This document shows positions 13,086 through 24,934 of a stretch of 64,000 nt of DNA, piece by piece. Source of the DNA: Squalus acanthias (taxonomy: Eukaryota); contig CM059432.1 of NCBI GenBank assembly GCA_030390025.1, forward strand, positions 137,766,001 through 137,830,000, written 5' to 3'. Under the pieces are notes generated by a model. It saw only the letters and a list, made by a program, of their open reading frames with translations. It was not told the DNA's origin and made no database searches. The translations under genes were made by a program, and so were the position numbers. The first letter of the stretch is position 1, and each line of letters begins with the position of its first letter.

Positions 13086-13499
13086 GAGAAAGCTGGGGCG
13101 GGGGGGGGAGCAGTAGTAGCCAGATTTAAAATGAGTAAATAGCTGTCCAGCAACAACCTTGAAACTAAAGCACTTACCCTCAAAGTTCACGTTGGACATC
13201 AGTCAGAGACACACGTTTAACCTGTTAAAACACCTTCAGTAGCTCTCTCTAAAGACCTATAGTGTGATGCATGAAAACAGCTAGCACTAATCCGGAGGTT
13301 CCCATGGACATCTCTCCCATTAGTTGGACTTCATCCAACTAGCACTAACATTTTCTGGGGCTTCGCCCAATTTCTTTGCAAACTGAGTTCTAGTAACTAA
13401 GAGACTCCAACTGCTTAAAATACCTCATTTAAATTCTCAGAACGATTACCAAATGGTTTTGGAAAACAAATTGAACCTTACAGACTAGAGCATAACTGG

Positions 13500-14905
13500 C
13501 ATACAAATGGATGAGACATCAATTACCAGATCTAGCTGGACTACATCAAGCTCTACTGGGCCTCATGGTCCCCTGCCAAAACAACTCACTGCTCTGGGAT
13601 CATCCGGGAGAACAAAAATAACCCCCTTTTTTTGCCACCATGAAGTATTTCCTGAAAAGCCCCTCTTCTCTGTCCCCTTGCCTCTAACAGGTTCAAAGAG
13701 CTGCTGGGCATCTTTGTCACCAAGATAGAGACCATCTAATTCAGCTGCCTCTGCTCCTTTCCATTGCCTATAACGTCATACCTTCCTCCACCTCCCCCCA
13801 TAACCCTGAACCCCCATCTCTCTCTATTTTCTCTTCCATCTAACTTTCCCATGTCCTCTCCGAGCTTACTATGTCCATGGCACCCACCTCCTGCTCCCTC
13901 AATTTCACTTGCACTAAACTGCTGAGCACCCAACTTCTCTTCTTGGCTCCCATACTATCTGGCACAGCAAACAGGCACTATTCTCCTCCTTTTCAAAATT
14001 TACATCACCACAGCCCTCTTCAAAAGACCCCACCCTCAGCCCTTCTGTGCTTGCAAACTACAGCCCCATTTCCAACCTTCCTTTCCTCTCAAAGCCTTGA
14101 ATGTGTTATTGCCTCCCAGATCCATGCCCATTTGTCCCATAACTCCCCATCTCCAAACAGGTGCCCACTCCTCACACAGCACTAAAACGCTCTAACCAGT
14201 CATAAATGATATTCTCCATCTATGGCCCGGTAGATTATTTCTTCTTGATCGTTTGGTAGGCTTTGACATGTTCAATCATACCATCTACCTCTAATGCTTT
14301 CCCTCCATTGTCCAGTGCAGTGGGATGGCTCTCGCTTGGTTTCGCCCCTACCTATCCAATCATAGCCAGAGTATTTCTAGCAATGGCTTCCCTTCCAACC
14401 CTTACACGATCACCTTGGCAGTCCTCAATGGATCCATCCTTGGCCCACTCCTCATCTACATGCTGCCTCTTGGCAACATCATCTGAAAACATGTTGTCAC
14501 TTTCAATGTGATAACGACATCCAATTCGACCTCTCTACCATTTTTCTCAACTTCTCCATCCTGTTTGTCCAACATTCAGTCTTGGGCAAGCGCAATTTCC
14601 TCCAGCTAATCACTGGGAAGACCAATGCCCTTCCACAAACTCCATACCCTCTCACCAATTCCAGCCCCATCTCTGGCCACTGACTCAGGCTGTACCAGAC
14701 GGTTTGCAATCTCAGCATCCTGCCTGATCCTGAGCTGAGCTTTCGACCCCATATCCTCTCCATCATAAAAATCATTTACTTCCACCTTGTTAACCGCCCG
14801 CCTCTGCCCTTAGGCCACTGAAACCTTCATCCATGCCTTTATCACTTCTAGAGACTTTACAACTCCAATGCTCTCCTGGCCAGTCTCCCCATCCCCTACA
14901 TAAAC
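13500..14905 (+). mobile_element. Degraded L2 LINE ORF2
   Basis: Colinear with the reverse complement of 19300-20775 (cactaaactgctgagcacccaac, tgagctttcgaccccatatc, tgaaaccttcatccatgccttt). Confidence 0.8.
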
Positions 14906-14914
14906 TTGACAGGG

Positions 14915-15432
14915 TGGACCTCTCTGTCCTCGGCCTCCTATACTGTTCCAATGAAGCTCAACGTAAGCTCGAGGAACAGCACCTCATCTTTGGATTAGGA
15001 ACTTTACAGCCTTCTGGACTCAACATTGAGTTCAACAATTTCAGATCATGACCTCTGCCTTCAGACGCAGCTGTTGATGATTCTGCTATTCCCATTTACA
15101 CCTCCTCTAGACCCATCTTTTGTTTCTTAACTTGTCCCATTACCATCTCCTTTTGCCTCGCACCATCATCCCTTTTGTCATTCAATCTCTCCTGCATTCC
15201 ACCCTATCACAGACCTTCCCCTTTTGTTCTTTCCTCCCCTCCACATTTCCCTGCCTCTGCACTTGCTTAAAACCTGCTATATCTCTAACTTTTTCCAGTT
15301 CTGACGAAAGGTCATCGACGTGAAACATTAACTCTGTTTCTCTCTCCACAGATGCTGCCTGACTTAGAGTATTTCCAGCATTTTCTGTTTTTATTTCAGA
15401 TTTCCAGCATCCTCAGTATTTTGCTTTCGTAT
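14915..15432 (+). mobile_element. Penelope-like element 3' end: GIY-YIG endonuclease C-terminus plus terminal repeat
   Basis: DLSVLGLLYCSNEAQRKLEEQHLIFGLGTLQPSGLNIEF* fits the PLE GIY-YIG C-terminal pattern; followed by a pyrimidine-rich UTR and a hammerhead-bearing repeat. Confidence 0.88.
15297..15333 (+). ncRNA. Minimal hammerhead ribozyme motif in the Penelope terminal repeat (two substitutions)
   Basis: agtt-CTGACGA-aaggtc-atc-gacgt-GAAA-catt-aact; stem I agtt/aact intact, stems II and III each mutated. Confidence 0.65.
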
Positions 15433-16279
15433 CAGGGTCTATGTGGTTTATAGAAATCTATTTGTGCAATTCGGCCTCAGAGGGCCCAATTATAACAGCA
15501 AGATGCCACTCACTTTAACGGATATATTGGAGGCAGTTAAACCTGGCACTGTGACACTTTACGTACCGCACAAAATACAGATTTGATATACATTGACAAA
15601 TCAAACATCTGTTATGTACAGTAAACCTGTCAAAGTTAATGGATCCAAAGTGGTCTGAATTACCGCAACCAAGCCAAGAAACAAATTTGAAGTAAGCAGA
15701 GAAAAGCCATCAGATTCATAACCAAACCCATGCACCTATTTGGTAAAGAAAGATGTCACTTCCTCCTGTACTAATCTTTTTCATACACAGCAATTTACTG
15801 AAGAAAGGGTTTTTTACAAATAAAAATGTAACATTACACACCTGCAAACACACAAGCAACTTTTAATAAAGGCAAGGAAAGGCAGTAGTGGCACAGAAGG
15901 GTGAGGAAACTGCTGGGGGCAGAAGGGAGATTAATCAGCCCACGACAGGCCAGTTTCATAACCGAAATATAAAAATTTGGATTGAATTGACGAACTCAAA
16001 ACTAAATCTCATTAGTAATGTTTTAAAACTAATCTCAAAAAGCAAAGCAATGTCAAAGTTTAAAAATATTATTTTGAAGTATTGAACATTTACAAAATGC
16101 TGGTTGAATACTCTATTTTTTCAGCTCTAAGGTCAAGTACAGTAAAGGTGCATTTCTTTTTATACGTTTAATTCCTTTTCCTATTGGAAGTTAAAATAAT
16201 AACCACCCCCAAAAACTGGTAACAAGCTGCAAACTTTTTTTAAAAAACAAATCATCTTTTGTTAGCTAAAGCAGTACTG

Positions 16280-16625
16280 CTCTTCTGGGAGTCAATGACC
16301 TCTGGAATAGATTGCCAGAATGTGTGGTAAGGATTTACTACAGGCTGTCAAAAGGGAGCTGGATGTGTTCCTGCAAAGATATCTCGGGTTACAGAAAGTA
16401 GGCATGACTGATTATCAGTTACTGCGATCGCTGAGCTTTCTTGGGGTTGGAGAATTTCCCAGAGTTTTTTTCCCCCTAAATTAGCCTACGGTTTTTATTG
16501 TCTTTCCCAGGAGATTGTTTGACAGGGGAAGGGAGGGTGTGGGTGGGTGGGTTGATGGTGCAAGTAGCCAGCGCCATGTCTGGGTGAGACAGCCTAGACA
16601 GAGCAGTTGGTCTTTTCTTGTCCTT
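16280..16625 (+). mobile_element. Highly diverged CR1-like 3' end
   Basis: gagtcaatgacctctggaatagattgcc...aagggagctggatgtgttc resembles the CR1 ORF2 C-terminus (RV..LWN.LP...K.ELD). Confidence 0.45.
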
Positions 16626-16839
16626 TCTGTGGGCGTGTTCATCCCCAAAAATACCCACAACTGCTGGTGACTAGAGAATATGCACAGAACGTTGCTGAAT
16701 GCTACGTTCTCTGAATGAAGGATGTTACATTTCTCATTAAGTGACTATATTAAACTTACGCAAACTGCGTGCTGCAGTTTTACATTATTTGGCTAAATTT
16801 TAAAACTTGCTTGTAGTGGAACTTTAAAACTCCATTCCC

Positions 16840-17620
16840 CTTAGGCTGAACCAGACTATTCGGAACCCTGGCATCCTATTCAACCTGATCTGACCTTCCA
16901 ACCCCATAGTCTCTCCATCACAAAGACCACCTACTTTCCCGGCACCCCTGGAAAATGTTCTTCCTTCTATTCCAGCATCGTGTGTTGACTCTACCATTTA
17001 CAGTCGTGCCTTGACCTGCCCAGGCGCTACGCTCTGAGATTCCCTCCATAAACTGTAAGCCCCTTCTTAAAACCCACAACTTTGACCAAGTTTTTAGTTA
17101 CCCCTCCTAATATCTGATTCTTTGGCCAGTCTCCCATCCTCCACCTTACGTAAACTTCAACTCATCCAAATTTTTTTCTGCTTGTATCCTATCCCGCATC
17201 AAGTCTCACTCACCCATCACCCCTGCCCTCGCTGATCGACACTGGCTCCTAGTCCTACAACACCTCAAATTTAAAATTCTCATCCTCGTGATTAAATTCT
17301 AACTCTAATCTCCTCCAGTGCTACAACCCCTGAACTCTCTGCTCTTCTGACTCCGGCCTCTTGTGCTCCTCCCTTCATCCCACCACTAGTGGCCGTGCCT
17401 TCAGTTGTCTCAGCCCCACACTTGGAATTGTCTTCCTTACCCCCTCTGCCTCCTCCTTTAAAACCTTCCTTAAAAAAACACCTCTTCGACTAAGCTTTTG
17501 ATCACACCTCCTAATATATTATAATTTGGCTCATCGTCAATTTTCTTCCCCTTGCGCCTCTGTGAAACAGCTTGGCACATTTTTCTAGATTAAAGGTGCT
17601 ATATAAATGCAAATTATGGC
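16840..17620 (+). mobile_element. Degraded L2 LINE 3' fragments
   Basis: tttaaaattctcatcctcgtg, aagcttttgatcac and tail aaaggtgctatataaatgcaa. Confidence 0.8.
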
Positions 17621-18442
17621 TGTATATGAAATCACATAATTACCATATGATGTTAATTGCCACATGCATTTTACAAAATAATGTCTTTTGTATAGAAGGC
17701 CAGTTAAACAGCATTCATCACCTTTTGTACAGTGTAACATGCAGTCAGGCTAATTTACAATGTTTTTAAACAAGCACTTCAGCGATGCTCCCAGGAATCC
17801 AGCACAAGTGCAACATCCTGAGCAGGATATCGAAGAAAACAGCAAGAATGAGCATCTTGCAAGAGAACAATTGATCTCATCAGCTCTTCACTCATTGTAA
17901 CTCTCTTTTAACCGCATTTATCTTTTGTTTTGCTTGTCGTACTTGCTATTCAAATGTTCTTTTTCTTCCCCTTCTCCTCCTCCGCCCCCATCCCACCCCT
18001 CCACAAATAAACATATTTTCATTAATTCATTCCGTCGGGTCATTTACATTCATGCAGGGAGAGAATAAATCCGCATGGAAAGAGAAGCAGCCAAGGATTG
18101 CAGGGAAGCAGCCAAGAGGACAGAAACACAAGTGGCAACACATATATTATAACTAACAGTAGAAAGTAATTAGCCCTTCAAGTGCTGTTTCCCAGGCAAG
18201 GAGCCCTGCACAAACTTTCTGCACAGATGGCTATGCAAATGAGATGGCAGAATTAAAGTTCTGTTCAAGGATTACACTAGGAACACTCCTCACTGCATCC
18301 AAATCCACTGTAGCTTTGTGTGAAGAGGGCACAGAAATACAGTGGCATTGCTATACAACTCAAACCACACACAAAGTTTGCACCATTAAAACTACCCCAA
18401 CTTAAAATAATTTTTTTTTTAATATTGTAACCTAGAGATATA

Positions 18443-18757
18443 AAAGAAAGACTTGCATTTATATAGCGCCTTTCACAACCTCAGGACGTCCCAAAGCGCT
18501 TTACAATAAATTAAGTACTTTTGAAGTGTAGTCACTGTTGTAATGTAGGAAACGTGGCAGCCAATTTGCGCACAGCAAGTTCCTACAAACAGCAATGTGA
18601 TAATGACCAGACAATCTGGTGTTGATTGAGGGATAAATATTGGCCAGGACACCGGGGAGAACATCCCTGCTCTTCTTCGAAATAGTTCCATGGGATCTTT
18701 TATGTCCACCTGAGAGAGCAGACAGGGCCTCGGTTTAACGTCTCATCTGAAAGACAA
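18443..18757 (-). mobile_element. DeuSINE, 5'-truncated
   Basis: aaagaaagacttgcatttatatagcgcc tail plus Deu core. Confidence 0.85.
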
Positions 18758-18810
18758 TAGATTAAGAACCACTGACAGTTCAAAAACACAGCTTGCAACT
18801 CATATTATAC

Positions 18811-20775
18811 CAACAACAACAACTTGTATTATTGTATAGCGCCTTTAACCTAGTAAAACGTCCCAAGGCGCTGCACAGGAGTATTTTAAGATAAAAAATT
18901 TGACACCGATCCACATAAGGATAAATTAGGGCAGGTGACCAAAAGCTTGGTCAAAGAGGTAGGTTTTAAGGAGCGTCTTAAAGGAGGAAAGAGAGGGAGC
19001 GAGGCGGAGAGGTTTAGGCAGGGAATTCCAGAGCTTAGGGCCCAGGCAACAGAAGGCACGACAACCAAAGGTTGAGCGATTATAATCAGGGATCCTCAAG
19101 AGGGCAGAATTAGAGGAGCGCAGATATCTCGGGGGGGTTGTGGGGCTGAAGGAGATTACAGAGGTAGGAAGGGGCGAGGCCATGGAGGGATTTGATAACA
19201 AAGATGAGAATTTTGAAATCGAGGCGCTGCTTAACCGGGAGCCAATGTAGGTCAGCGAGCACAGGGCTGATGGGTGAACGGGACTTGGCGAGAGTTAGGA
19301 CACGGGCAGCCGAGTTTTGGATGACCTCAAGTTTACGTGTGTGGGTGGCCAGCCAGGAGTGCATTGGAATAGTCAAGTCTTGAGGTAACAAAGGCATGGA
19401 TGAGGGTTTCAGCAGCAGATGAGCTGAGGCAAGGGTGGAGACGGGCGATGTTAAGAGGTGGAAGTAGGCAGTCTTTGTTATGCTGCGGATATGTGGCCGG
19501 AAGCTCATTTCAGGGTCAAATATGACACCAAGGTTGCGAACAGTGTGGTTCAGCCTCAGACAGATGTTAGGAAGAGGGATGGAATCAGTGGCTAGGGAAC
19601 GGAGTTTGTGGCGGAGACTGAAAACAATGGCTTCGGTTTTCCCAATATTTAATTGGAGAAAATTTTTGCTCATCCAGAACTGTATGTTGGACAAGCAGTC
19701 TGACAATTTAGACACTGTGGAGGGGTCAAGAGAAGAATTAGTGAGGTATAGCTGGGTGTTGTCAGCGTACATGTGGAAACTGATGCAGAGTTTTTGGATG
19801 ATGCCGCCAAGGGGCAACATGTAGATGAGAAATAGGAGGGGGCCAAGGATAGATCCTTGGGGGACACCAGAGGTAACGATGCAGGAGCAGGAAGAGAAGC
19901 CGTTGCAGGTGATTCTCTGGTTACGATTAGATAGATAAGAATGGAACCAGGCGAGTGCAGTCCCACCCAGCTGGGCGACGGTGGAGAGGCGTTGGAGAAG
20001 GATGGAGTGGTCAACCGTGTCAAAAGCTGCAGACAAGTCAAGAAGGACGAGATGGGATAGTTTACCTTTGTCAGTCACAAAGGATGTCATTTGTGACTTT
20101 GATGAGAGCCGTTTCGGTACTGTGGCAAGGGCAGAAACCTGATTGGAGGGATTCAAACATGGAATTGCGGGAAAGATGGACACGGATCTGGGAGGGAACA
20201 ACATGTTCAAGGACTTGAAAGGAAAGGGAGGTTGGAGATGGGGCGGTAGTTTGCAAGGACGGAGGGATCAAGGTTTGTTTTTTGAGAGGGGTGATGACGG
20301 CAGATTTGAGGGAGAGGGGGACAGTACCCGAGGAGAGAGAACCGTTAAATAGGAAGTTGGGTGGTCAGCAGTTTGGTGGGAATAGGGTCGAGGGAGCAGG
20401 AGGTGGGTCTCAGACAAGATGGGCGCAGAGAGGTCATGAGGGGAGATCGGAGAGAAACTAGAGAAAGATGTGAGTTCAGGGCTAGGGCAGGGGGGAACCT
20501 CGGAGGAAGTTTGGCCCAGTGGGCTAGGGGAAGGCAGGGAAGTGGGAGAGGCAGCTGAACGGATGGTCTCAATCTTAGAGACAAAGAAGTCCATGAGCTC
20601 CTCACATTTGTTATCGGAGGTGAAGGAGACAGGGGAGAGGGGTTTAAGAAGACGGTTAGCAGTAGAGAATAGGAGCCGGGGTTTATCTTTGCATTCCAGA
20701 ATGATTCTGGAATAGTGAGCAGTTTTGGCAGACGAGAGCAGGGCCCGATAGTGCTTTATGTGGTCCAGCCAGATT
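18811..20775 (-). mobile_element. L2 LINE, 3' half of ORF2 (RT) with 3' tail
   Basis: ORF 19110..20210: LLDLSAAFDTVDH, GVPQGSILGP, HMYADNTQLY, NFLQLNIGKTE, LHWLPVKQR; (TTG)n tail at 18811. Confidence 0.95.
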
Positions 20776-21802
20776 TAAACACAGTATTTAAATATCTATA
20801 TATTTCTTAAAATATGTTATGTACTTGATAAATGATCAGTAATTGATAGGAAAAATAAATAAATTCAATTAAGTGGAAATGTTTTAATTATGGTATGCAA
20901 TTTGGCAAAAATCTCAAAAACAATTTTCACCCTTTAAAACTATTAATTGAACCAATTCAATGAGGCAATCTATCCCTATTCCAGGATACAGAAGTTAAAT
21001 CTGATACTGCATTTTAGTCGATTTACTGAATATTTATATAAACTTCTAAACACCAATAATGTGTATTAATGGTGTACTACAGAATGACATCTTACATTTT
21101 TAATTAAGAAAACAAGTAAAAACAGAAAATGCTGAACATACTCAGCACATTTATCTGCATCTTGGAGAAAAGGCAAATTAATGCTTCAGACTGTGATTCT
21201 TTTGTCAAAACTGCACTTCCCATTTTTGTTCTGTACTTTGGGGCTAACATCAGTCAATTAAAGTTATTCAATTGTCTCTAAGGGGAGTTAAACCAAATTT
21301 GTGTATTCCTGTAACTATATAGTTAAAAAAATAAATCGTCAGTAAAATTTCAAACTTCACAAAAGTCTATATCTTTTTTTTTTAAATTGCATTTAGCACA
21401 CGTCACATTCTAGATGTCACACTTTATTACAGTCAAGACAATTGTCACTGAGCTGTGCCAGTACAAAGCAATGTAGACTGCCCAAACCAGATATTCAAGT
21501 ATGTATTACCTTAGAATTAAAGAAAGCCCTGCAGAAGAAGAGTTTTAAATTTAAAAAAAAGTAGTACTTCATTGTACTGTTCTGTTTTTGTTGCCTCAGT
21601 GTCTCTCTAAAGTTGGCATAGCACCCCTGGCAGTCAGGAACACTGCTGCCTGACCTAAAAACAATTACGTAAAAGTGCTTGGACAGTGAACTCTCCGTCA
21701 GATTGATTTTCTCAGTTACAACAACAGAAAGATTTCACCCCTATTATTTTTTTAATACAAATTTCAATTGTTCAAAACCGACACCATAATACAAAAAATT
21801 AC

Positions 21803-21986
21803 AAAGGCAAAATTCTGAAAAATGAACAGAAAATGTTGGAAATACTCAGCATGTCAGGCAGCACCTGTGGAGAGAGAAACAGAGTTAACGTTTCAGGTCA
21901 GTGACCTTGAAACATTAATTCTCTTTCTCTCTCCACAGATGCTGCCTGACATGCTGAGTATTTCCAGCATTTTCTGTTTATATTTT
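21803..21986. mobile_element. Penelope-derived palindrome, folded back at hammerhead stem II (core absent)
   Basis: Arms cagaaaatgttggaaatactcagcatgtcaggcagc... / ...gctgcctgacatgctgagtatttccagcattttctg; centre gtttcaggtc-agt-gaccttgaaac. Confidence 0.8.
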
Positions 21987-22070
21987 AAAACAAAAGTTTC
22001 CAACAGCCAATACTAATGCTTATGGCTAATGCCCATTGCTTGGGCTTGGAAGAAGTCTTAAAAAGACACC

Positions 22071-22947
22071 GGCCCTGAATCTGCGGTCAGCAGCGAAGCC
22101 AAGGCGTTCGCTGCTGGCCCCGAAGTACATCCGCACAAGGTTCTCTCAATCCGTGTGTCGGGAACTTTGGGTTTTCCGACCTTGAATTTAATTCAATGGA
22201 GTTTAATGGGAATCCCCTTGTTTGAACTGCTGTGACATCAAGAGGCTGTCTAAGTAGCCAATCAAAAGGCAGAATTCTCACAGACAGCAAACAAGGAAGT
22301 GAGTAAGCCCTTAAAATTCTAACTTTTTAAAATAGTTAAGGGAGAGCAAATGAAAGATTGGGGTTCTCACACGGGGAAAAGGCAAACCTAAAATAAAGAT
22401 GCACAAACTTAAAAATATTTTAAAACATTTTTTAAAAGTTTCTTAATTTTTTTTAATTTTTATTAAAATGGACAAATTTCACACTGCACAAAATTAAAAT
22501 TAGTTTCTCCAAGCCCTTAACATTTGTTTAGCAGTCAATACGCTGTTAAAACCCCAGTTACATCTATTCCCTTTGGGTCTAACTTTTAGGGAGGAATTTA
22601 ACAGTGGACTTACTGCAGAAGAGTCAAAGTTTTCGTCTGTTTCAATGATTTACGAGATTTCATTGATTGCCGATTCCGTGGGTTGGGGGCAATGCGCAGC
22701 CAGTTTCAGAGCTGTCATTGACAGACCGCAACTTTGGGATTTCTACACGTGCTTGCGCATGCACCAAATCCTGAAGTTCAGGATTTCTGCATGTGCAAAA
22801 TTCAGAACTTGCGGTCTGTCAACATACGCGTTGACAGGCCACCCACATGGAACAAGAAAAAGCAATTGCTGGCGCAGAGTTGGGCTACTTGTCCACCGAC
22901 TGGCCAGCAGTTGCGCATGGAAATGTTACGGTTGATGCAAACAGGCC
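22071..22947. mobile_element. Non-autonomous Harbinger-type element
   Basis: Ends ggccctgaatctgc / gcaaacaggcc; internal blocks shared with 6276-6996 (ctggcgcagagttgggcta); a paralogous empty site lies at 24590-24680. Confidence 0.75.
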
Positions 22948-23089
22948 TGTCAGCGTAAGGGGATACCTCAGGCATGACTGAAATATTTTTATCTCGGAAA
23001 TCATACACTGTATCAAATGAGTTTCTGCAAATATTGGCTCGGATTAGAGTTTTAATGTCAAAAATTATCAAAAAATTAATTTTTTACTG

Positions 23090-23425
23090 AGATTGGTGGA
23101 ATGAAGCTAATTAGGAATTAAATTCCAATTCTGTGAAATGTAATTAGATCAGATTTCAGGATTGCATTACATCTCATTACGGGATTCCTTTTGGAAATGA
23201 TTAAAATTGAATTCTGTTTTGTGATTGGAGGACGAGAGCCACGTGATCCCAGGTACGCTCTGCGCCGCCTGCGTCCCTGGGGTCCGTGGACCATTACGCT
23301 GCCCTCCGCCTCGCAGCGTCAGACCACAAGTTTTCACAGCCTCGCTGCCATCAGGTAGGTGAGTATTCCTTTCGCGGGTCGGAGGCATACTTCGGAGGTA
23401 CGCCTCCGACCGCAATTTTTGGCCC
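23090..23425 (-). mobile_element. Harbinger-type element fragment (one terminus)
   Basis: Reverse complement is colinear with ~6276-6550, including the TIR and subterminal hairpin; left boundary uncertain. Confidence 0.75.
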
Positions 23426-23989
23426 AATATAACAACCCTTTGCATGAGAAAAATTCAATCTCCTCTCTATGATTGTGAGTACCAGGCTTATGCCCCCTTG
23501 TTACCAAATCATCGACCAATGGAAAGAATTGTAACTCTTTTACATATATTTAAAATGTACGATTCAAAGAAATGCTTCCATGGCGCTAGGTCAATACAAA
23601 TACACAGGATTCCATTTTCTGATTAAAAAATTATATATATTCTGAAAAATACAATTATGGTCTATTTGAGCTTGCCTGTCTTAGTGAAGCAACTCATCCC
23701 AAAATATTGTGTAGACAGAAAAGAAGCCGGATTGATGTGAGGAAGGAGAAGAGTTTATAATTACTTCATCAGAAGTTCTCATTACTGCTATAATTGTAAC
23801 AGAGCTTTGATACTCAGCAGTGCATCATTACCAGTCTAATACATTATCTCCTTTGGTGAATCCACACGCAAGTACATTAAATGCAAACATAGGAACTGGA
23901 AATAGAGCAATTTATATAATCTAAGCTTATACATATCCATACCACTGCAGGTCTTTTAATGACTATGAAAACATAGAGGAGGTATTACA

Positions 23990-24400
23990 TAGTATCGCAT
24001 AGTATTTACAGCACAGAAGCAGGCCATACGGCCCATACACCGCGATGTTTATGCTTCACACGAGCCTCCTCCCACCCTTCTTCATCGAACCCCATCAACA
24101 TATCCTTCTATTCCTTTCTCCCTCATGTGTTTATCTAGCTTCCCCTTAAATGCTATGCCAGTTGCCTCAGCTACACCTTGTGGCAGCACATTCCACATTC
24201 TAACCACTCTCTGGGTAAAGAAGTTTTGTCTGAATTCCCTATCAGATTTATTAGTGACTATCTTATATTTATGGCCCCTTGTCCTGGTCTCCCCCCACAA
24301 GTAAGAAACATCTTCTCTCTGTCTAACCTAGCAAAGCTTTTCATAATCTTAAAGACCACTATCAGTTCACCCCTCAATCTTGGCCCCAGCCTGTTCAATC
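23990..24400 (-). mobile_element. CR1 LINE 3' end
   Basis: ORF 24082..24300 TRTRGHKYK...FFTQRVVRMWNVLP. Confidence 0.85.
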
Positions 24401-24934
24401 TCAGCAGTTCATTTGTGCCTTGCTGAAGGTAATGCCTGCACTGATTTTACTTTTAAATTTAAAATCATAAGTATTCTGCAGCAAAGAACTGTGAAATGAA
24501 CATGATCATTTACAGAGCATTCTTATTAAATAAGCGGTGAAAAAACATTATGCACTCACTTGTTGAAAGCTGACTTTTTTTAAGTGCCACAACAGCACCT
24601 GGCAATACTAATGCTTATGGCTAATTTATCGGCCTTGGAAGAAGTCCGAGAAGACACTGCCAGCGTGAAGGAAAGTACCTCTTAAGAGTTATTCTATCAT
24701 AGAAATGTGAGCACAGGAAAAGACCCCCACCCAAAAAAATTAATAATTTTATTATAACAGTCATTTGTAATTTACAAACACCCACAAAGTACAGATTAAG
24801 AGACCATCAGGTCATAAAAACTAATGGCTCCCTTCACAGTATCCAATGGTCTCCTGAATAATTCCAGTATTTTTACCACTCCAGGTTTAAGAACTCATTA
24901 CACAATAGTAATGCAAACATATCAAATGTTAATG

